Source of the DNA: an uncultured Spirochaetota bacterium
GTDB lineage: Bacteria > Spirochaetota > Brevinematia > Brevinematales > JAOACQ01
Direction: 5' to 3'
NCBI GenBank assembly: GCA_963768055.1
Contig: CAVYGN010000001.1
Location: 896,001 to 960,000 of the forward strand
DNA length: 64,000 nt
This document shows positions 59,011-64,000 of this stretch, piece after piece. Both the position numbers and the translations under genes were made by a program. The notes beneath the pieces are model-generated. The model was given only the letters and a program-made list of their open reading frames with translations, was not told the DNA's origin and made no database searches. Positions within the stretch are counted from its first letter, which is position 1. The number at the start of each line of letters is the position of its first letter.

Positions 59011-60393
59011 ATGAAAATAATCTTGTTGTTTCTTCTTATTTCAGGTTTATTTCTGATAGTTATCGGCGTAAGGCTCATTATCAGATTGTCAAAGCTATAC
59101 AAGATGCAGGGCGACATAGAGCTTGCCATAAGCGAAGGCCGGTACGGGAAGGCCCTGGAGCTTTCAAAGGGATATTTTAAAGATTATCGCTCATATTTAG
59201 CATATTATTATATGGCAAGGGCATACGAAGGCTTGCAGGATGCGGAAAACGCCGTCAAATACTATGACGATTTAATTACATATTTTGATAAAGAGTTAAG
59301 AAAGCATTTCAGGGTAGAGGTTTTGATCAGGATCGGGGACCTGTACAATAAAAATAAGGATTATATCACGGCTTCAGGGTATTATGTACTGGCCCTCAAG
59401 GAAGATCCGACGGAGATCATGGCCTTATTCCAGCTTGCCGGAATTTATTATAATTCTAAAAACTATCAGAAGGCAATTACAAACCTGAAAAAAGTCCTTG
59501 TTTTAAAACCGGATTCCTGGCAGGCATTCAGCCTTCTGGGAAAGGCCTATAATAAAACAGGCAATTACCAGAAAGCCGCTTATGCTTTTGAAAGCGCGCT
59601 GGCGCTCCCGGTAAGCGATATCATTGAAAAGAACGATATCAGCTTCCGGCTGGCTGAAGTCTATACCGATTCGAAATGTTACAACGAGGCGATCAAAGTT
59701 CTCAAAACACTTCTTAACGAAAAGGATTATGCCGAAGATTCACTTCTAAAGATCCTCGAGAACATGATACGGATTAACCATCTTGAAGAGGCAATAAATA
59801 TAGTGGCGGCCTATTCCGGCAAACTCACAAGTAAAACCAAGGATAAAGTTTTTTATATGCTTGGCAGGGCTTATTTCGACCAGTGTTCATATCTGCAGGC
59901 GGTCGATTCATGGTTCAAAGCCTACGAGATAAATCCCGATTTTGCCGATCTTAAAGAACTGCTTGAAAGGTACAAGGTGCTGCTTGACAATCCCCTGCTG
60001 GAAGACTATTATTCGGGCGATGATGAAATATTCAATGAATTTATTTACAGCCGTCTGGGCCTCCATTCGACCCAGATAGTAATTTTAGAAAAAAGCAGGC
60101 ATGATATATCCAGGGGTGAAGATATAAGCTGCAGTCTGGAAAAGGGCAATTTTGTAATCTTCAGGGAAGATAATTCAAAATGTCATGTTTTTTTCAGGCG
60201 TCCTTATGAAATGAACGTATCCGATTTAAAAAAAATGGAAGAAGCGCTGATGAGCGGCCATGTGGCAAATTTGAAATGCATGCTGTATACCCTTTTCGGA
60301 ACATCCCGGGAAACCAAGGAGTACGGGTTCTATAAAAAGGTGATGGAATTCAGCGGAGACCAGTTTATCCTGGCATTCTTTAAAAATATATAA
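59011..60393 (+). CDS. membrane-anchored tetratricopeptide repeat protein
   Basis: N-terminal TM; multiple TPRs (AFSLLGKAYNKTGNYQKAAYAFESAL). Confidence 0.85.
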   Translation: MKIILLFLLISGLFLIVIGVRLIIRLSKLYKMQGDIELAISEGRYGKALELSKGYFKDYRSYLAYYYMARAYEGLQDAENAVKYYDDLITYFDKELRKHFRVEVLIRIGDLYNKNKDYITASGYYVLALKEDPTEIMALFQLAGIYYNSKNYQKAITNLKKVLVLKPDSWQAFSLLGKAYNKTGNYQKAAYAFESALALPVSDIIEKNDISFRLAEVYTDSKCYNEAIKVLKTLLNEKDYAEDSLLKILENMIRINHLEEAINIVAAYSGKLTSKTKDKVFYMLGRAYFDQCSYLQAVDSWFKAYEINPDFADLKELLERYKVLLDNPLLEDYYSGDDEIFNEFIYSRLGLHSTQIVILEKSRHDISRGEDISCSLEKGNFVIFREDNSKCHVFFRRPYEMNVSDLKKMEEALMSGHVANLKCMLYTLFGTSRETKEYGFYKKVMEFSGDQFILAFFKNI

Positions 60394-60411
60394 CGAGGGG
60401 CGAGGGTAACT

Positions 60412-60552
60412 ATTCCGCCATCAAACAGGCTCGAAAAATTAAAAAAAGACAGGGAAGGACAATATAGTATAAGAATTAATGATCAATGGAGAATATGTTT
60501 CAAGTGGTCGGAAAATAATTCTCATGATGTCGAAATTGCAGATTACCATTAA
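60412..60552 (+). pseudogene. higB: 3' remnant of HigB/RelE-family toxin
   Basis: [32 protein letters not shown]...DVEIADYH*; N-terminal half and start codon absent. Confidence 0.85.
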
Positions 60553-60563
60553 TGGAGGATTAT

Positions 60564-60866
60564 ATGAATAAATTACCTAATATACATCCAGGTGAAATTC
60601 TGGAGGAAGAATTTTTAAAACCCTATCATATCACTTCTTACAGGCTTGCAAAAGAAACTCATATTCCCGCTACCAGAATTGCGGAAATTTTAAAATTTAA
60701 AAGAAAAATTTCAACCGATACCGCATTAAGGCTTTCAAAATTTTTCGGAAATTCTCCGGAATTCTGGCTCGGCCTGCAGATGGAATATGATTTAAGGGAA
60801 GAAAAAAACGAAATTAATAAAGATTTAGACATGATTCATAATATTAAAGACCTGGAATTAGCGTGA
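60564..60866 (+). CDS. higA: HigA family antitoxin
   Basis: IHPGEILEEEFL, RLAK, DTALRLSKFFGNSPEFWLGLQ; GGAGG RBS before ATG 60564. Confidence 0.93.
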   Translation: MNKLPNIHPGEILEEEFLKPYHITSYRLAKETHIPATRIAEILKFKRKISTDTALRLSKFFGNSPEFWLGLQMEYDLREEKNEINKDLDMIHNIKDLELA

Positions 60867-60903
60867 AGGAACTGTCCGCGAAGGCATGCAAAAAAGGTAA
60901 AGA

Positions 60904-61524
60904 ATGGAACAATTTATAGACCTGACCCATATTATAGAAAATTCAATGCCTGTGTATCCGGGAGACCCTGAAGTAGAGTTGAAAAGGATAAAAGAGCTTA
61001 AAACTGACGATTATAATGATTTCAGGCTCGGGATCTCGATGCATGCCGGGACGCATATCGATTCGCCGATGCATCTCACAGAAAGGGAAGAATATATATC
61101 TTCAATTCCATTGCGGCGGTTTATCGGAGAGGGGCAAGTACTCGATGTCTCATCGCAGCCGGTAATAAAAATGAAACCCGAATATATTGAAAAAATAAAG
61201 GACGGCTGCATTGCTTTATTATACACCGGTTTTGATAAAAAAAACGGAAAACCCGAATATTTCGAAGGACATCCGATCGTGGATAAGGAACTTGCCGGAT
61301 TTTTAATAAAAAGAAATATCAAAATGCTGGGCATCGATATGCCTTCGCCGGACAGGCCTCCCTTCGAGATACATAAAATGCTTTTCGAGCATAACATACT
61401 GATAGCGGAGAACCTGACGAATCTTGATAAATTACTGTATGCAGGTTATTTCGAAGTTATGGCTTTCCCATTGAAAATCATGGCCGACAGTTCGATAGCC
61501 AGAGTCATCGCAAGGGTACCCTGA
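60904..61524 (+). CDS. cyclase family (kynurenine formamidase-like) metal hydrolase
   Basis: IDLTH, PVYPGDP, HAGTHIDSPMH, GIDMPSPD, ENLTNL. Confidence 0.9.
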   Translation: MEQFIDLTHIIENSMPVYPGDPEVELKRIKELKTDDYNDFRLGISMHAGTHIDSPMHLTEREEYISSIPLRRFIGEGQVLDVSSQPVIKMKPEYIEKIKDGCIALLYTGFDKKNGKPEYFEGHPIVDKELAGFLIKRNIKMLGIDMPSPDRPPFEIHKMLFEHNILIAENLTNLDKLLYAGYFEVMAFPLKIMADSSIARVIARVP

Positions 61525-61558
61525 CAATGGGTTAATGAGTCGGCATTCAAAATCCGGT

Positions 61559-61587
61559 TTGACACGATGTTATAGTCCTGTTATAAT
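61559..61587 (+). promoter_or_regulatory. consensus sigma70 promoter with extended -10
   Basis: TTGACA-17-TATAAT with TG at -15/-14. Confidence 0.8.
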
Positions 61588-61670
61588 TGTTACGGCCTTT
61601 GAAAGCGACAAAAAAGATGAGCCATTCGGGAAATATCGTTTAAGATATAAAAATTTCCAGGAGGCTATCA

Positions 61671-62372
61671 GTGAAAAAAACCGTTTTGTTACTTTGTTTG
61701 TTCGCTCTTCTTATTCCGGGAGCCCTTTTCGGCGCGTCTGTTGAAGGAAAAATACTGGATAAAGTTCCGGCCGAACCAGCAAATCTCGCCGACACAAATC
61801 TGCTCGTCCCAAAGCTGAAAGTTTTTAAAAGTGAAATTTCTAAAGCTTATTCGAACTGTGAAGCAGTAATCGAGAAATACTCAACCGCCCCACCGACCAT
61901 GAATATAGATGATTTAAAGTCTATGCAGGAAATCCAGAAGGTCACAATGTCAATAAATGATGATTATGGTACAGCCAGGGAAAAAATCAGCGGTGAAATT
62001 AACGGCATTACCGATGACCGCCAGGCAAAACTCAATGCAATCGACGAAAAATACCATCAACAGATTTCAGATCTTAGTGGTACCGCAAATGACCAGAAGG
62101 CTAAAGACTTGAACGCAAAAAGGATTGCCGAGATCGATGCGCAAAACCAGAAATCATGGGCCGATTTGATCACAAAACTCGCTGATTACAAGAAATTACT
62201 CAGCGATATGATCGCCGCAAACAGTGCTGTCGTCGCCAAGGCCCTCGCTAAAAAAAGCGGAACGATACAGACCCAGGGTACCCAGCTCCGGTTTCAGTTA
62301 TTGAAAGCGATTGATCAATATTGTGATACAATAGCTGACCTTGCCGGTATTAAACTGGACGACGATAATTAG
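61671..62372 (+). CDS. secreted alpha-helical hypothetical protein
   Basis: MKK-hydrophobic-LFGA signal peptide, coiled-coil body, AGGAGG RBS. Confidence 0.75.
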   Translation: MKKTVLLLCLFALLIPGALFGASVEGKILDKVPAEPANLADTNLLVPKLKVFKSEISKAYSNCEAVIEKYSTAPPTMNIDDLKSMQEIQKVTMSINDDYGTAREKISGEINGITDDRQAKLNAIDEKYHQQISDLSGTANDQKAKDLNAKRIAEIDAQNQKSWADLITKLADYKKLLSDMIAANSAVVAKALAKKSGTIQTQGTQLRFQLLKAIDQYCDTIADLAGIKLDDDN

Positions 62373-62508
62373 AGTTTACGGTTATGTAAAATAAAACGGG
62401 AGGCTTCGACACTTCTCCTTGCCGGCGGCATCCGGTGGACTTATGACAAAACATACCCTGTCTTTACTGTCGAAAGCTATTACATGATTGCGGAAAACTT
62501 ACGGTTGC

Positions 62509-62601
62509 CGGATAGGAGACGTATTCGCTTATATATGTTTTGCCGGGCTGGTTTTTCTTATTATCCTGGCATTGTTCAGCAGGGAAAAAGTAGTCCGCTA
62601 A
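62509..62601 (+). pseudogene. possible 3' remnant of an Lnt-like/nitrilase membrane protein
   Basis: RIGDVFAYICFAGLVFLIILALF...* resembles the Lnt C-terminal GD+TM motif; no start, in-frame stop upstream. Confidence 0.4.
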
Positions 62602-62692
62602 GTCACACGAAGGGGATTTGCAGACCTTCGGCGCGGTTTCGCAGAAAGTGAATACCGCCACAGTTCAAATTTGAAATACAATGTAGGTTGTT

Positions 62693-63586
62693 ATGAGAAC
62701 TATGTTTTTATCAGTTCTTTTAATTATTCCTGCAATTTTATCGGCTTTCGAACATCCGAAACAAATCGGCATTGCTTATATTTACAGCGACAAGGTAAAT
62801 GTCAGAGAAAATCCCGGCTTATCAGGAAAGGTAATTACCAACATAAGCGCCGGAACCGAAATTGAAATACTATCAAAATGCGATAATTTCGACAGAATCG
62901 ACCAATCTATTGTCCTGGACGCTTATTTTACTAACGGCAACGGAACCATTAAAAAAGCGCCGGTTTATACCAATTCTTTTGTCGATTACTGGTATAAAAT
63001 TAAAATAAATGATTTAACCGGGTTTGTCTGGGGAGGATTCATAGCGAACAATTATTTAGCAATAGATAAAAATAGTATGAATTTTCTTGTCCTGATAAGA
63101 AATTTCAGCGAGCATGTTTCTTATTCTTATCATATCGATCAAACCAAATTTCATAACCGGGGCGATAACAAAGATGCACTTTCATGCAAATTTATTGAAA
63201 ACAATAAAATAATTTTTGAAAAAAAAGACTTATATGCTATGGGAGAAGCCCGTTTTAAAAATATTACATATGAAGAATACGAGGGCTTTGACGATCCGGT
63301 CTTCCTGTTGAAAATCGATTATGAAGATATATCCGAATACGGAGAAGGATCTGGAGAAAGATTCTATTTATTGAGCGCAAATTCAATCGATCAGGAAATT
63401 GACGCCTGGGCCGGAGGGGAAGGCGGTTCCAGAAACGAGTATAAAATAATATATCCTACAAATCCTAAAGGGAAGCATAATGAGATTATAGTTGAATATA
63501 CTTTCTATGATGAGCAAAATAACAAATCGTCTTCAGCAGTAGAATATATATGGGATTCAAAAAATAAGAAATTCTTTAAAAAATAA
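62693..63586 (+). CDS. secreted SH3b-domain protein
   Basis: Signal peptide, VNVRENP...VI....GTEIEIL, WYKIKI..TGFVWGGFI. Confidence 0.8.
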   Translation: MRTMFLSVLLIIPAILSAFEHPKQIGIAYIYSDKVNVRENPGLSGKVITNISAGTEIEILSKCDNFDRIDQSIVLDAYFTNGNGTIKKAPVYTNSFVDYWYKIKINDLTGFVWGGFIANNYLAIDKNSMNFLVLIRNFSEHVSYSYHIDQTKFHNRGDNKDALSCKFIENNKIIFEKKDLYAMGEARFKNITYEEYEGFDDPVFLLKIDYEDISEYGEGSGERFYLLSANSIDQEIDAWAGGEGGSRNEYKIIYPTNPKGKHNEIIVEYTFYDEQNNKSSSAVEYIWDSKNKKFFKK

Positions 63587-63642
63587 ATGGGTAACTATCC
63601 GCGAAGGAGGGCCGCTAGATGGAAGCAGATGTGATGACGACT

Positions 63643-64000
63643 CTAATGATTTAATGATTTTAACCATCTATCAATTAGATTAAACACTTCATTATTACTA
63701 TCGTAAACTTTATTAAAATGTTCTCTTGATTTGTCAAATGCCTCTTTTGCTTCATCTTTTTTATTCAATTTTACATAATAAATCCCTTTATACAAAAATA
63801 GATTTCCGGACGCTTCATCATTACTTGAAAATTTGATTATCATATTCGAATAAAATTTGTCCAGATCATCATATCTTTTGAATTGTATATAATCGCTATT
63901 TATCAGACTTAGCAACTCGGGAAAATCATACATATTGCCAAATGCTTCTTCACAAATTAAATAAGCTTTATCAAATTCGTTTTGTTTTAAATAAATAATA
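63643..64000 (-). CDS. TPR-like protein, 5'-truncated by window edge
   Basis: Frame open to the edge (IIYLKQNEFDKAYLICEEAF...); YKGIYYVKLNKKDEAKEAFDKS; very AT-rich. Confidence 0.65.
   Translation of the reverse strand, partial: IIYLKQNEFDKAYLICEEAFGNMYDFPELLSLINSDYIQFKRYDDLDKFYSNMIIKFSSNDEASGNLFLYKGIYYVKLNKKDEAKEAFDKSREHFNKVYDSNNEVFNLIDRWLKSLNH

Noticed and set aside
61590..61665. c-di-GMP-I riboswitch in the leader
   Set aside because: Only a loose GAAA..GAC resemblance; conserved P1/P2 elements are missing
62360..62395. dif/Xer site (TTATGTAAAAT)
   Set aside because: XerD-like arm only; no XerC arm ending in ATAA at 6-bp spacing. The same applies near 58872
60391..63640. Integron cassette array
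   Set aside because: No RYYYAAC...GTTRRRY palindromic attC sites could be built and no integrase is in the window

Overview
Bacterial chromosomal segment of moderate GC (about 40% by eye). It is most likely a spirochete, inferred from an FlcA-like TPR protein beside ftsW, loose lipoboxes and a stand-alone PTS enzyme I. Most of the window is housekeeping: trxA, glmM, metK, ugd, aat, pyrE, purU, ptsI, fabD/Z, sppA, lptF/G, pfk, eda, serA, ftsW, argF/H, ilvE, accA, an EF-G paralog and mntH. No rRNA, tRNA, CRISPR array or intact transposase was seen. Notable items: (1) three tandem 7TM/methyl-accepting receptors with divergent signalling tips run directly into a REC-GGDEF cyclase; two share an apparently identical 1,080-bp block and the middle gene looks mosaic. 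(2) A seven-gene RDD/SpoIIM/DUF4129/DUF4350/MoxR/DUF58 membrane cluster. (3) A 110-135 bp MITE-like repeat in three copies, each just downstream of a predicted sigma70 promoter. (4) A ~196-bp imperfect palindrome. (5) A GC-rich structured RNA candidate upstream of ptsI. (6) pfk frameshifted at a G7 tract. (7) An accessory right end with a decapitated higB, other gene remnants, a 29-aa membrane peptide ORF and a recurring post-stop motif. All family assignments come from motif recognition by eye; no searches were run.
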